Shown here in pieces: positions 26,776 to 42,910 of a DNA stretch of 64,000 bases. Position numbers and translations under genes: made by a program. Origin of the DNA: the human T2T-CHM13v2.0 reference genome, Homo sapiens; assembly GCF_009914755.1 (NCBI RefSeq), contig NC_060928.1, one strand, 5' to 3'. The notes under the pieces were generated by a model. It had not been told where the DNA came from and ran no database searches. It saw only the letters and a list, made by a program, of their open reading frames with translations. Every line of letters starts with the position of its first letter. Within the stretch, counting starts at the first letter, position 1.

Positions 26776-29700
26776 AGAGATGGGTTTAGCTGAGAAAGAA
26801 TGAATGATCAGATACTCTGCATTACTGCGTTTAAAGTCCTCTCTGGAAAACTCACTAATAAAACTAAGATAATTAGCACAAAATGTCTGTGCCCAAACAT
26901 GTTAAATTTACTGGACCATGTATGAATGGCTTAAGTTTCCAACTGTGGATCATACTTTTCAAGTATTTATGTAACATTCTATGAAAGTAATTGTGTTTTT
27001 TGGGTAAAATTGAAAATTAAATTTTATTTACACTTATAAACTTTTAATTATTTAGATTTTTAAAAATTAAAGCAAAAACTCAATAATAAACAATCACAAT
27101 AATATTGTTACTGCCCACATGCCTGAGATTCGTGAAATATTTTGTTTACACAAATAAATTAAGAATATGTGGGAGAAGTTGTTTACATAATGTTAATTTA
27201 GAGGATTTCCTCTTTCTATTGAATCTGCAATAACATACAAACAAAACCAAACAAAAGCAAAATAAAGAGATATCCTTTTACCTTAGGAAATACTTTTCAA
27301 CTTATAAAAGAAAAAATGAAAAACCTCTTCCTCCTAACACTTTCAAATCATTCACACATCCTAAGGTAACTGGGCAGACAAAGATGTCATCAAAAGTAGA
27401 CATATCAATGATATTCCATGCACATGCATAGCATTTACCTTATGGACAATTTTCTGCAAAGATCTGAAACCTGATCTCAGATAAATTACACAAGTTGACT
27501 CAGGCCGGGAGAAGTATGGATCTCATTATGTTTCTATTACAGATGCAATGTTCATATCTTTGAGTTTAGATTATTCTAGATGAGAGAAACACTGCATCAA
27601 ATACAACAAAACATGCTTAAATGGATATATTATGTTCACTGAAAAGTGGCCATTATGTGAAACAACCTGCAGATAAACATTTTTATTTTTGTGAAAGAAA
27701 GTTTGTCCGTAGTTCTGGTTTATCTTTCAGTGGAAATGGACAGCCAGGTAAAATATGTTATCATATTTCTTATGAGATACTTCGAAAATTTCTGAAATCC
27801 TAAATTTACTCACTCATGATTATTTTTTCAGTGCAAATAAATAGCTTGTCCTTGCTGTTGAACAGAGTCCACATGCTACAAATAGTCTCCTGGTAAATCA
27901 CACTAGTAAGTATGAATTTCCACATGTGAACTAAAATCAAATAATTAATTTGTTTTATCATTTGTCTTTATAATTCACCATGGGATCTTCTTACTAATCT
28001 ATTAATATCATGTAATTGCTAATGAGACCACTGTAATCTTGGATAACTTGCTCTGTTCCCCTTGTCATGATTAACGATCCCCATTGTCTGTGGCAGGATG
28101 GAGACATGAGAGAAAATGCTGAATCACAAGACACAGAAGAATGAAGCAGCAAAGTGAAAGGTATTGTAGAACAGAAGGGTGACTGCCTGCACGTAGTTGA
28201 ACAATTTTGGGGACATGTAAGTCTCAAACCAGAGTTTCTGACTACATTCAATGTCAAATGTTAAAAATGCAGATAAATTCACTTTTTCATCTTATCTATA
28301 TAGAACATATATATTCATCCTCTTTCCCATCCCATCAGTTAGTATTATAAATTTTTAAGGCAATTTATTACACTTAGTTATTATATTATTTGTTCACACT
28401 ATTAAGATGCTGTTTTGCAAAGTTGTAGAAAAATATCAATACATGTAAAATGTTAAGAAGTGTGCTGAATATACCACTGTTTAATATTGAGTTGAAGGTG
28501 ATGAAAAATAGCACCATATTATTAAAATGTACATTATATACAAGAGAGAATAATATGGGTCCAGTGAAGGAAACAGTAGTATTGATTTGGGAAAAACTGA
28601 ACTGGAAGTGGAGGTTTAACTTTTGCAAGGGATCTCACAGGAATCCAATCTAATTAGAAATAAGTCTAATTAATATTATTATTTATCTGGGGAGTAAGTT
28701 ACCCATTTAGGTATTATGGTTTTACAATAAAACATTTTTTAAAAGAAAATCTATTTTGTCTTTATACATTTTTAATGTACATTGAAAGTTTGAAGAGACA
28801 TGCTTTATAAGAACTTTAAAAATACTAATATGAAGTAATATTTGTGATAGAAATAAAATATTACCTTCATGTTTTTAACATACTTTATATTGATCAATGT
28901 ATTAGTGTATAAATTATTGTTTGCATTTAATGACTCTTTAGTAACATAATATACTTCCTATTACTTTGAATGGGTGGATCTATCGCTGCCCCACAGTGCT
29001 TTGAGCAGACAATTGCTCCATCCTAATCTCTTTTGAAATAGATAGCAATTTATTACTGTGATAGGACTTCTTTCAGTTCATTAACCTTCCTTCAAGTATG
29101 ACAGGCATCAAAATCTCTTGTAATCGTTCCTTTATTTAAACATTTTTAAAAATCACCACATTTAACAATGTGTTATAGGAAAGCAAATTCTTATTTTCTT
29201 AACAGAGAGATTCTGCCGTTTCTGGTCTAGGGTATAAGTGAAACCATATATATTTTTTTATTAATTGTGTGAAACAAAATACAGTTTTCTTACACTCTTT
29301 CAAATGTTAATCCAACAGCTATTTCAGAAGTCAATTTTACTGTACTCCTTCAGACAGAAATTATTCTTAAAACTTTGCAAGACTGCTGAATTCTAACTAC
29401 ATTTTTAAAAGATATTGTTGAAATAAGTTAATACTTTGAATCAAATTACAGGCAATCTGAAAGCTTGCAATAATTCAGCAATTTAATCCACACAAAATGA
29501 GACAATTGTACTCTTTGAATTTGAGTAAAAATAAATCTAAAATATAAAAAAAAAAAAAATCACTGTTCCTAAAAGTTAGGTTTGGGAAGAATAAAATTAT
29601 AAAAATCTTTACATTTAGATGTCAGTTTAATAGTGATCTATGGCACCCAAAGGGAAATGTAAATTAAAATTAATGAAGTTTGTTTTTAAATATTGTATTC

Positions 29701-31429
29701 TTGATTTGTAGAATTTGTGTGTCTGTTAGAATGGTGTTACCATGATGACAACCCAGTTTTACATCCTTTAAATGGTAGATGAATTAATCATTTTCACACT
29801 CTAATTGGGTCAGACTATGACTTAGAGGGACAAATTTTCCATAAAACCCTTGGGATCCAAAAATTAGAACATATTTCTCACAGGAGAGAAATAGTGAGTA
29901 TCTGTATTTTCCCTGTGGTGGAAATAAAAGAAGGTACTGAACAAAAATTCATTTTCAGTTGTAAGAAAATAGGATATGGGCCACTTATTTTCCAATAGAT
30001 TCTTTGTAACTCAACTGAGCTTGTCTTTACATCTAAATTGGAACATTATTGTCTTACAGTCAAGGAACAAAACTAATATGCATCACTAAGTCTTGTAGTT
30101 ACTATATAACTATGTGGTGAGAGATATTTTGTAAAAAATTACACCACATAGAAAAATTCAAGTTTTTCAGATAGCAAAATTAAACTATATCTTGCTAATG
30201 TGGCACTAATCCCTGCCACTGTAGCAAAACCTGCCAGAGAATGCTTACCTACCCTATAGAATATACTTCAAAATAAACTAAATGTCCCAAAGTAAATATC
30301 TACAAAACAGGGTTAAGACAACAGTTTAATATAGGCTCAATATATCTTTTAGTTTAGAACCATTTCCTACTTTTATCCTATTAAACATGAATGTTTCTGC
30401 ATATTTGGTATATCTAAGGCCACAAAAGTGATTTTAGGTTCAACTTGCAAGAGACAATTCTGCATTTTTCTTATATAGAAGGATTGAGAAATTATATAGT
30501 GGGAGTTCAGAGGCCAGTTAATTTGTTTATTCCTTAACAGTTTATTTTAAAATTTTTTAAATAATACAATTTCTAAGAGTTTACACATCAATTTCATGTC
30601 TTAAGGAACAGAGAGAAAAGAGAGGTAGAAAATATCCCCATACAGTAATACACATTTAGACACTGAAAATAATCATCACAAAAATTATTTTGTAATTTAA
30701 AAACCTCGAAATCAAGAGTATCACTTAATAATCATATCTATGAACACACACAGTCACCTATATTGGGGTGGCTTATTAAAATACTGTTCTCATCTAATAC
30801 TTTTCTCATTTTAGAAAAATAAAATAACATTCCCTAAAGGAAGGAAGATGTATTTGTCAGAAGGACCTGACTTGAATTCGTCATTGCTCAGCTGGTCATT
30901 TAGTTTCCTTGTCTTTAAACAAACAAAAAATCTGCAGTGCACTATGTGAAACAAAGAAGTAAAATACAAGGGAGGTCTAGGGTACGGAGATATATCTAAT
31001 TGCCAAATAACTTAAATAAGTATTTCTACAAGCATCAAAACTTTTGTCACTTGTTAATATTTAAATATTAGAAAATTTAAATATAAATCAGCAAAAATAG
31101 TTCTGGGAGCACCAATTCAGCAAAAATGTTTAGGGTAATCAAAAATTGATTATGTTAAATGTTATGGATGCACATTTAATATACAATGCCCCCACACTTC
31201 ATTCCCTTCCTATTCCAAGCAATATCCCTGAATGTAGAACTAATACTTTTAATTTATTCCAAAAGTCATCGTGCCTTGCCCCTTGGCCTATTAATGCATC
31301 ATCTAGAAGTCACCCCGTATGGGAAAGCTAATACATTGGCTAGTTTTTAGTCAATAAAATATACACTCTGGAATTTGTAAAGAAAAATAAAAAGATTAAC
31401 AGATGGAGTCAAGAGCAGAGACAGACAAG

Positions 31430-31875
31430 TGACTCCTAGATGTAGTCTTCATTCTTAATAATAGGACTTCCTGTGTTGTAGCTAGGCACATAGCGATCCA
31501 AGCAGAGACATTTCTCAGCATGACTTTCCAGTAGATGTGAACATCGGACTAACTTGGGCAGATTGGATATGAGGAAATGACTCATATAACTTCACAGATA
31601 TCTCCATAAAGCTAAAGCCACTGCTCTGGACTTCTTTTGCCCTCTTGTCTCTGACCTAAAGATGGTAAGAAATGTAGCAATTACCTTAGATCCAACACTC
31701 ATGTTGGTGATTTAAAGACATTCTGCCAGCAAGAATCTCTTTATGATATCACGAAGAGTAGCCTGTCTAACCTACTCTGGACTGCTAACAGAGAGAAGTA
31801 AATTGTTCTCTGTTTGAGCTGTTGTGTTTTATGTTCTCCTTGTTACAGAGAGCAGCCTGCACCCTATCTAATACA
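31430..31875 (+). mobile_element. MLT1J-family MaLR solo LTR
   Basis: CTTCATTCTTAATAATAGGACTTCC, TAGCTAGGCACATAGC, ACATTTCTCAGC and a terminal TTGTTACAGAGAGCAGCCTGCACCCTATCTAATACA. Confidence 0.65.
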
Positions 31876-33895
31876 TAGGCTAAGTGGCATTTGCTTAATG
31901 CTAGGAGATTTAAAATAAGCCAACTGTAGGTGGAGAGGCATTATAATAAAATGGGGAAAAAAGTTTCCGAAAACAAACTGACTGCCTTGGAACTGAGATG
32001 TCCCATAAATGAGCTGTGGAAACTCTGACAAGTCTTCAAAGAGTGGATCAAGAAGACAAGCTAGAAGAAATTTCTTAAGATGATTAAAATTCTTAAAAGA
32101 TGGACAGATAAAACCAAGACAAAGGAGGAGGAAGAGAAAAAGAAGTTGTTTAAATACAATATTTAGGAAATGAAGATAGGGCTTTTATGTGTCAGCATAA
32201 ACAAGAAAGAATGTCTAGGTGTGACAAAATGATCCTTCTTTAATTGTTTTTAAGCAGGTGTGAAATAGAAATGTAGCCAAAATTCCGTTTGATTCTATAA
32301 CCATGTTCAATTGTAAAGTCTGTTGAAATCATACTGGAAACCAAACAAGTGAAGGGTATGTTCCACCAGCTGCACCAAAATCTGCAATTTGATCAATAGA
32401 GATATTGCTCCCTCACTCAAAGAAACTTTCAAATTGTATATCAGAGAATAGTTTTTGGAAAAACAGGAAGCTTTACATTAGGCATGAAAAAAGTTTCTTA
32501 AAAGCATACTGTTTTGAAAACCTGGATAATTCAGATAATACTGCATTATTTGTCACTGTCATTGTTATTGCTGTTACTATGAGTAATATTAGTGTTGATA
32601 TCACCTTATTTCTGTTTTAAAATCATACAATAAACTATACAATAAGCTAAATATCACTGAAGTTTCTTTTACAATAAAATTCTAATGTACCTATATTATT
32701 ATTATATTATGCACATATGTTATCACTATATTATTTCCCTAAAAAATGATTTTGGAAAGCCATTCTACAGAGGCATTCATTTGGTTTGAAATTTACAAAA
32801 AATAGGCAGTTATGTACCATGATTCTTCTACAAGGATGTTCTATTGACAGGAAGAAGATACTGACAAAGTCAGCACCATGCATGAAATTAATCACACTGA
32901 AACAAATGTCAAGAATGTACAAAAGCTTATCATAAATGTCATAAACAAACTAGTAGCAACAATAAATGTAATACTAAATTTAATTGTACAGACCAAAGGA
33001 AATATTCCTAAAGCCTGAATACTATTTTGAAAAGTAATATTTTTCAAGTGGAAGAAATATGCACATGAAAACTTATTTCTTTTCAAAAGAATCAAGTTGT
33101 CTTTTGTATTGTATGCTTTATATGAACAATGAGATCTGACACCAGCCTAACTCTGTCACTGGCAACACTATAGTTCAATCAGCAACCATTTTTTTTTCCC
33201 TCTCTGAACTATTATTCTCCCTTAAGTTTGGTGCTCAGAGGATGTCTTTTCAGTAATTGTTTGAAAAATAATTTATATGTTGACAATCTGAAAAATTATA
33301 GTAAATGCCCCAAAAAAGCATAGGAGAACTATTTTTAAATAATGAAAGAGAGAAGCATTTTAGAAGATTCTCAAAGCATTTCGAAAGATTCTCACAAACA
33401 TGAATTTAAGATGGCAGGTTCGTATTACACCACTAATCAAACAATTATTAAAATACTGTAGGAATTTATTGAACCCCTGGCTGGTTTTACCTAGGCTCTT
33501 AGATTGTAAGGTACTGGAAAATCAAGTGTATTTAACTGAGTTTTATTTCCTGATTTTTTTTTTCTTCTTTCTCTCTTCCCCCATCCCCTCTCTTTAATGG
33601 TATGAGTTTCAGAGATCCCATCCCCACCTTTACCTCAGAATCACATAGCAGTCAATTTTATAAAAAAAAAAAACAAAAATCATTTCTGAAGTGTTTGGCA
33701 GATCTGGCAGCTAACTTCTGTTTAATAAAAAAAGGAATGCTTTTGGACAAAGAAAAGATCATAAAGATGATCTGAACCTCTGACAATGATGAAAATACAA
33801 CCATAATATCTCTCTCTTGCTCTCTCTCTGTCTGCACCTCCCTCCCTCCTTCCCCTTTCTCATCTCCAATTTTTCTACTTTTAAGAAAAAAATGC

Positions 33896-36800
33896 AAGCA
33901 CTAAATATGGAAAGGAAAAATCGGTATCAGCCACTGCAAAACACATGAAAATGTAAAGACAAGTGACATTATGAATAAATGGAATCAACTAGTGTGAAAA
34001 ATAACTAGATAGTATCAGGATGATAGGATAAAATTCACATATAACAAAATTAACCTTAAATATAAATGGGCTAAATGCCCCAATTAAAAGACACAGACTG
34101 GCAAATTGGATAGAGTCAAGACTCTTCAGTGTGCAGTATTCAAGAGACCCAACTCATGTGCAAAGTCACACATAGGTTCAAAATAAAGGGTGGAGGAAAA
34201 TTTACCAAACAAATGGAAAGCAGAAAAAAAGCAGGGGCTGCAATCCTAGTCTCTGACAAAACAGACTTTAAACCAACAAAGATCAAAAGAGACAAAGAAG
34301 GGCATTACATAATGGTAAAGGAAACAATTCAACAAGAAGAGCTAACTGTCACAAAGATATATGCACCCAACACAGGAGCACCCAGATTTATAAAACAAGT
34401 TCTTAGAGACCTACAAAGAGACTTAGACTCCCACATGATAACAGTGGGAGAATCTAACACCCCACTGTCAGTATTGGACAGATAAATCAGACAGAAAATT
34501 AACAAGGATATTCAGGACTTGAACTCAGCTTTGGATTAAGTGGATTTATCTACAGAGCCCTCCACCCCAAAGCAACAGAATATACATTCTTCTCAGTGCC
34601 ACATGGCACTTATTTTAAAATTGACATTATCGGAAGTAAAACACTCCTCAGCAAATGCAAAAGAACTGAAATCGTAACAGACAGTCTCTCAGACCACAAT
34701 GCAATCGAATTAGAGTTCAGGGTTAAGAAACTCAATCAAAACCACACGACAACATGGAAATTGAACAACCTGTTCCTAAATAACTCCTGGGTAAATAATT
34801 AAAGTAAGGCAGAAATCAAGAAGTTCTTTGAAACCAAAGAGAACAAAGAGATAATGTGTCTCTGGGACACAGCTAAGGCAGTGTTAAGAGGGAAATTTAC
34901 AGCACTAAAAGGTTCACATCAGAAAGTTAGAAATATCTCAAATCAACACTCTAACATAACAATGAAATGAACTAGAAAAGCCAGAGCAAACAAATCAAAA
35001 AGCTAGCAGAAGATAAGAAATAACTGAGATCAGAGTGGAACTGAAGAAGATAAAGACACAACAAACATCAAAAAATCAATAAATCCAGGAGCTGGTTTTT
35101 GAAAAAATTAATAAAATAGATAATCCACTAGCTAGACTAAAAGAGAGAAGAATCAAATAGACACAATAAAAAATGATAAAGGGCTATCACCACTGACCCC
35201 ACAGAAATACAAACTACTATCAGAGAATACTGTAACACTTCTACTCAAATGGACTAGAAAATCTAGAAGAAATGGATAAATTCCTGGACACATACACCCT
35301 CCCAAGACTAAACCACAAAGAAGTCGAATCCCTGGGTATACAAATAACAAGTTCTGAAATTGAGGCAGTAATAAGTAGTCTACCAACCAAAGAAAGCCAG
35401 AACCTGAAGAATTCACAGCCAAATTTTACCAGAGGTACAAAGAGGAGCTGGCACCATTCCTTCAAAAACTATTGCAAACAATTGAAAATAAGGGACTCCT
35501 CCCTAACTCATTTTATGGGGCCAGCATCATCTTGATACCAAAACCTGGCAGAGACACAACAAAGAAAAAAAAAAACTTCAGTCCAACATCCCTGATGAAC
35601 ATTGATATGAAAATCCTCAATAAAATACTGGCAAATCAAATTCAGCAGCACATGAAAAAGATTATCACTATGATCATGTTGGTTTCAGCCCTGGGATGCA
35701 AGGCTGGTTCAATATATGCAAATCAATAAACATAATCCATCACATAAGCAGAACCAATTACAAAACCACATGATTATCTCCATAGATGCAGAAAAAGCCT
35801 TTGATAAAATTTAACATCCCTTCAAGGTAAAAACTCTTAATAAACTACGTATTGATGGAACATATCTCAAAATAATAAGAGCTATTTATTGCAAACCTAC
35901 AGCCAATATCATACTGAATAGGCAAAAGCTGGAAGCATTCCCTTTAAAAACTAACACAAGACAAGGATGCCCTCTCTCAAAACTGCTATTCAACATAGTA
36001 TTGGAAGTTCTGGCCAGGGCAATCAGGTAAGAGAAAGAAATAAAGTGTATTCAGACAGGAAGAGAGGAAGTCAAATTGTCTCTGTCTGCAGATGACATGA
36101 TCCTATATTTAGAAAACCCCATCATCTCAGCCCCAAAACTCCTTACTCTGATAAGTAACTTCAGCAAACTCTCAGGATACAAAAATCCATATGCAAAAAT
36201 CACAAGCATTCCTATACACCAACAATAGACAAGTAGAGAGCCAAATCACAAAGTAACTCCCATTAACAATTGCTATAAATAGAATAAAATACTTAGGAAT
36301 ACAGCTAACAAGGGATGTGAAGGACCTCTTCAAGGGAAACTACAAACCATTGCTCAAGAAAATAAGAAAGGACACAAACAAATGGAAAACGTTCCATTCT
36401 CATAGATTGGAAGAATCAATATCACGAAAATGGTCATACTGCCCAAAGTAATTTATAGATTCAATGCTATTCTCATTCCACTACTGTTATTACATTATTC
36501 ACAGAATTCTAGAAAAAAATCTTAAAAGTCATATGGAACAAAAAAGAGCCTACATAGCCAAGGCAATCCTGAGCAAAAAGTACAAAGCCAGCGATATCAC
36601 ACTACCTGACTTTAAACTACACTACAAGGCTACAGTAATGAAAACAGCATGGTACTGGTACCAAAACAGATATATAGACTAGTGGAACAGAACAGAGACC
36701 TCAGAAATAACACCACACATCTACAACCATCTAATCTTCAACAAACCTGACAAACACAAGCAATGGGGAAAGGATTCCCTATTTAATAAATGTTGCTGGG

Positions 36801-37748
36801 AAAACTAGCTAGCCGTATGCAGAAAACTGAAACTGGACCCCTTCTTTACACACCTTATACAAAAGTTAACTCAAGATGGATTAAATACTTAAATGTAAAA
36901 CCCAAAAACATAAAAACAGTAGAAAAAACCCTAGGCAATACCATTCAGAACATAGGCATAGGCAAAAACTTCATGATGAAAATGCTGAAAGCAATTGAAA
37001 CAAAAGCCAAAATTGACAAATGGTACCTAATTAAACTAAAGAGCTTCTGCACAGCAAAAGTAACTATCATCAGTGTGAACAGGCAACCTACAGAATGGGA
37101 GAAAAGTTTTGCAATCCACACATCTGACAAAGGTCTAATATCCAGGATTTAAAAGGAACTTAAACAAATTTACAAGAAACAAAACAAACAACCTAATAAA
37201 AAGTGGGCATACGATATGAACAGACACTTTTCAAAAGAAGACATTTATGTGGCCAAGAAACATATGAAAAAAAGCTGAACAACACTTATAATTAGAGAAA
37301 TGCAAATCAAAGCCACAATGAGATACCATCTCATTCCAGTCAGAATGGCAATTATTAAAAAGTCAAGAAGTAGCAGATGCTGGCATGGCTATGGAGAAAT
37401 AGCGACGCTTTTACATTGTTGGCAGGAATGTAAATTCGTTCAACATTGTGGAAGACAGTGTGGCAATTCCTCAAAGGTCTAGAACCAGAAATGCCATTTG
37501 ACCCAGCAATCCCATTACTGGGTATATACCCAAAGGAATATATCATTCTACTATAAAGACACATGCACATATATATTAATTGCAGCACTGTTCACAATAG
37601 CAAAGACCTGTAACCAACCCAAATGCCCATCATTCATAGACTGGATAAAGAAAATGTGGTACATATACACCATGGAATACTATGCAGTCACAAAAAGGAA
37701 TGAGATCGTGTCCTTGCAGGGACATGGATGAAGCTGGAAAAAAAAAAA
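33896..37748 (+). mobile_element. L1PA7/8-like LINE-1, 3.85 kb: end of ORF1, inter-ORF spacer, disrupted ORF2; lacks 5' end and 3' UTR
   Basis: Starts AAGCACTAAATATGGAAAGG (end of ORF1). Endonuclease remnant CSIQETQLMCKVTHRFKIKG...IYAPNTGAPRFIKQVL; RT region GCAGATGACATGATCCTA. Stops at GGATGAAGCTGG followed by A11. Confidence 0.96.
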
Positions 37749-38739
37749 GCCATTCCAATTTTTTTTTCTGCTAAATTTCAAACCTGTGTTCCTTCTCTAA
37801 ACTATGTTTCAACAAACAAGGACAGAAAGTATATTCATTATGGAAACGACTTTGTGGTCAGTAAACTACCATGGGGGCTATTGTTCTTGTTAATATATTT
37901 GCCATTAAAATGCACAAATATATGTAGTCTCATTATTTCTGCTATAGTAACTTATACTGCTAACTGAAAGTAATATGACATCGGAGAATCAGCATCTATG
38001 ATTCTTTAATAAGCATATTTTTGCTATCTTCCCTTCACTTAACTTGTCTCATTTTTCTTTCCCCTGCTTATATAGTCTGGACAGAATCACCTACTAAAAG
38101 TAATCCCCATAGATTTAGTAACCTCCAAACAGATGGATTCTCCATTTTCCAAAGTAACCCATCACTCCCAATGAGGTATCTATGAAGATCGTACGTTGAT
38201 GTCTTGACTAACACACATCTCAAAGCAGAAAAATTAAAGAAACTTGTGATGCCAAGTTTTGAAAAGTGCTTATAAAAGAGAAAGAAAATTGTTATGGTTA
38301 TTTTTTCAGACCAAGAGGTGCAAAAGAGAAAACACCCTTATAGAACTTAACTACTAGTACAATGAATTGACATAATAGGACACAGATGAAATAGAAAACA
38401 TGAAACAAAGAATTCAAGGCTCAGCCTAACTGAATATGAATAGAGAACAAGATAAAAATGGAAAGAGCAAAATATTTTGAACATTAGGTGATATTCTAAG
38501 TGGTAAAGCTGTTATATATGCCACACATATAAATTACCACTCTTTAAATCGAATAAGAGCTTCCATGTTGCACCAATGATCCAACTGAAAGAACAACTTA
38601 TAAGGTCTGGAAGGAAACCCTGTTGTCAACAATCAATCAGCAGTCCAATGATGGTTGGCCATTAGGGTCAATTTGACACATTTGCATGAGTCTATTTTAA
38701 AGCAAGACTAGAATGATGAAATGTCCCATTTACTATACT

Positions 38740-38908
38740 CAGTGGTTTGTAAGGACCAGATAACAAATATTTACAGATTTCCAGGCCATAAGGTCTCCAT
38801 CACAACTACTCGACTCTGAATGGTACCTTGAAAATAGTAATAAACAATATGTAAATAAATGATCTCTAGGCTGTATTTGACACATGTGCTTTCATTGGAT
38901 GACCTCTG
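38740..38908 (+). mobile_element. MER58A-like hAT-Charlie relic, internally deleted
   Basis: TGTAAGGACCAGATAACAAATATTT...GGCCATAAGGTCTCCATCACAACTACTCGACTCTG...AAACAATATGTAAATAAATG. Confidence 0.75.
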
Positions 38909-41007
38909 TTCCAAAGAACCATACTTTGGTGAACATTTTAACTTACTGCATTTTAAACTTTTTATTTTCTGAGTTCATGGTAAGGCAGTGAGAGTCTGGC
39001 AGCACTGAGATTCTCAATTCTCATAATATTTCAGACACAAAATTCATGGTAGAGACACTTAGAGAATTTAATAATCAAGTTGCAAATACACTGGACATTA
39101 AACATTTATGTGTCTTCTCAGTAACATTTTCTTCTCTTTTGCACTAATATAAGGTGTCCAGAAAAAATATGTTAATATTTGAGAGTTGTTAAAAGGTGGA
39201 TATGCTCAGTATTGCCTATAAAGCAATACAGTTTATTTCACATTGGAAATACTTTTTTTCTTTCTGGATTTCTGCCTATTAACAACCTATTTTTCTAATG
39301 GTTCTTGTTTTTTTCTCAAATACTTTTCTCTGTAGTTCAATATGTTCTGAGTGAGACATATTTGCAAATGTTTTAACAACTGTCCACTGATTTTTAACGT
39401 GATTTATAATTCCAGTTTTCTAATTTTGCTCAAAGTTAGCAATTAAAATTCTAGGTCTATGACATTAAAGTCACATTAATAGTAATGACTTTCAACATTT
39501 CATCAACTAGTAAGAGCAATTTACAATGTCTGCGAACTTCAAGATCCCTAAAGTCTAATTCTACAAAAAAGAAATGTTGGCATTATTATTTTAAATAACC
39601 ATTGAGTTCTCATTAATCATCAAAAAATGTTATTTTCTAAAAAGTAACTCCTTTTTTTTGTTTTTCTAATTCAAGACAACTAAATCCATTTCCAGCCCAA
39701 CTTGAAAAGACACATGTACGCGTAATACATTCATTGAAAATTTCAACCTCTTCCCTAACAGAATAATCATTCGTAAGTCCACATGTGACTGGAAGCAAAA
39801 ATTCTGTGATGGAAGTGTCTCTGCAACCTTAAATATAGTGTTCACCACTGTGAAAACTGTAATAACAGATGCTCACAAATGCCTGGTGTGATGAATCAAT
39901 GCAGAGAAAGAAGGAAAGAAAGAGGTCTGTGTAGGTGTTTGTGTGAAATGCGTCACAAACACAGAGTAAACAGATGGCAATGACAGGGCATTCTGGGATA
40001 AGTTTGACTTTTTACACCCTGTGGACTTCCCTGCTACCTGCAGTTGCCTATACATCAAATGGACAAGATAATGAAGATTCAAAGCCAAGTGGAAAAAAAA
40101 AAAAAAAGAAAGAAACCAGAATGACTTTACTGCTATCACTCTTATGATGAGAACAAAAGAAAGCAGGTAATAAAAATGAGCAAATGAGATAAGGAAGCTG
40201 TTTTTAAAAAGGTCAGTCAATATACATTGACTGAGCTGTCTGACATATTTTATGGTCTAAAATAGTTCATAATCCATGCATTTTTATTTTTTTTCCTGGT
40301 GTTATATTAAAGGTGATGTTCCGGTTAAGTCATTTCTGGTATCTTTCATATAAGAAAAAAGATTAGACTTCCTCTTTTTATTACAATGAAATAGGTAATT
40401 CAGGCTAATTTTTCCTCCAAGGAAAATTGTAAAAACAGGTTGAAACATTTAAAATGCTTGGTGTTTTGAGAAACTTTCCCTAGGAGTATTTGTTGATTCT
40501 CAAAATGAAAGGTTAATTGGCCCTTTTGACAATCTCATAGGGTCAGGGAAAGAGAGATTTGAATCCAGGGCCACTCAATGACAGGGGCTGGAGGGTCACA
40601 GTTAAATATTATTTGCATTAGAAAGTGACCCTGAAAGGCTGCAGTCTAGATAAAGCCAGAAGGCAATCTTATATAGAATTCTGTTCAGCTTCAGATTATC
40701 AAAATTCCTGAAACTGGACTGAGATGATCCAAGACTACTAGTACTATAGGTCCTGAATCAAAAGAAAACATTTTCTGTAGAAGAAAATATTCCTTTACAT
40801 CAAATAATGACATAGTTTTGCAAATAAAATATACAACACATAAATATAACCAGGACCATAAAATAGGACAATATGAATAAAAGCCAGCCCCAAACAGTGA
40901 GCAATATCAACTGATCTCTATGACTATGATATTGGAGTTATCAAAATGGATATTAAATAACCATACATAAACTATTTTGAAGTAAATACATAAAATATGT
41001 GTTTAAT

Positions 41008-41274
41008 AAAAAACCAAACACCGCATATTCTCACTCATAGGTGGGAATTGAACAATGAGATCACATGGACACAGGAAGGGGAATATCACACTCTGGGGAC
41101 TGTGGTGGGGTCGGGGGAGGGGGGAGGGATAGCATTGGGAGATATACCTAATGCTAGATGACACATTAGTGGGTGCAGCGCACCAGCATGGCACATGTAT
41201 ACATATGTAACTAACCTGCACAATGTGCACATGTACCCTAAAACTTAGAGTATAATAAAAAAAAAAAAAAAAAA
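41008..41274 (+). mobile_element. L1HS-Ta 3' end, about 250 bp plus A18 tail, human-specific
   Basis: Ta diagnostics: ACA in GATGACACATTAGTGGGTGCAGCGCACC and G in AAAACTTAGAGTATAAT. G-rich tract at 41095-41128; pure poly(A) at 41257-41274. Confidence 0.95.
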
Positions 41275-42482
<1,208 letters not shown>

Positions 42483-42910
42483 AAAAAAAAAAAAAAAAAA
42501 AAAAAAAGAAAAATGCAAGAATAAGATTTTTTCAGAAATTTGAAAAACCTATTTTAAAATACAAAAGTATAACAAAGTTAAGAACTCAATTTGCTTGGAT
42601 AACAGCAGATTAGATAAAGTAGGAGAGTTAGTCAACTGAAATATAAGTAGGAGGAAAAAAATTCCAGATCAAAATATAGAAAAGGAGAATAATGGAAAAT
42701 GGAGAAAACAAGGTATGAGACAAAGATAATGCACTAAGAAGTACTAACATACCTCTAATTGTCACAGAAAGACAGCATAGGCAAAATGAGTCAGAATTAA
42801 TGCTTAATAAAGTAATGGCTGAGAAATTTTCACACTTGATGAAAGATGTGAAACCACAAATTGAAGAAACTCTGATCCAAAGCAGTAAAATATAAAGCAA
42901 TACACTTTGG

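Noticed and set aside
31055-31070. 16-bp perfect palindrome TAATATTTAAATATTA
   Set aside because: All A/T with 8-bp arms; expected by chance in 64 kb of AT-rich DNA.
33353-33394. 21-bp degenerate tandem duplication AAGCATTT...AGATTCTCA
   Set aside because: Ordinary old micro-duplication with nothing distinctive.
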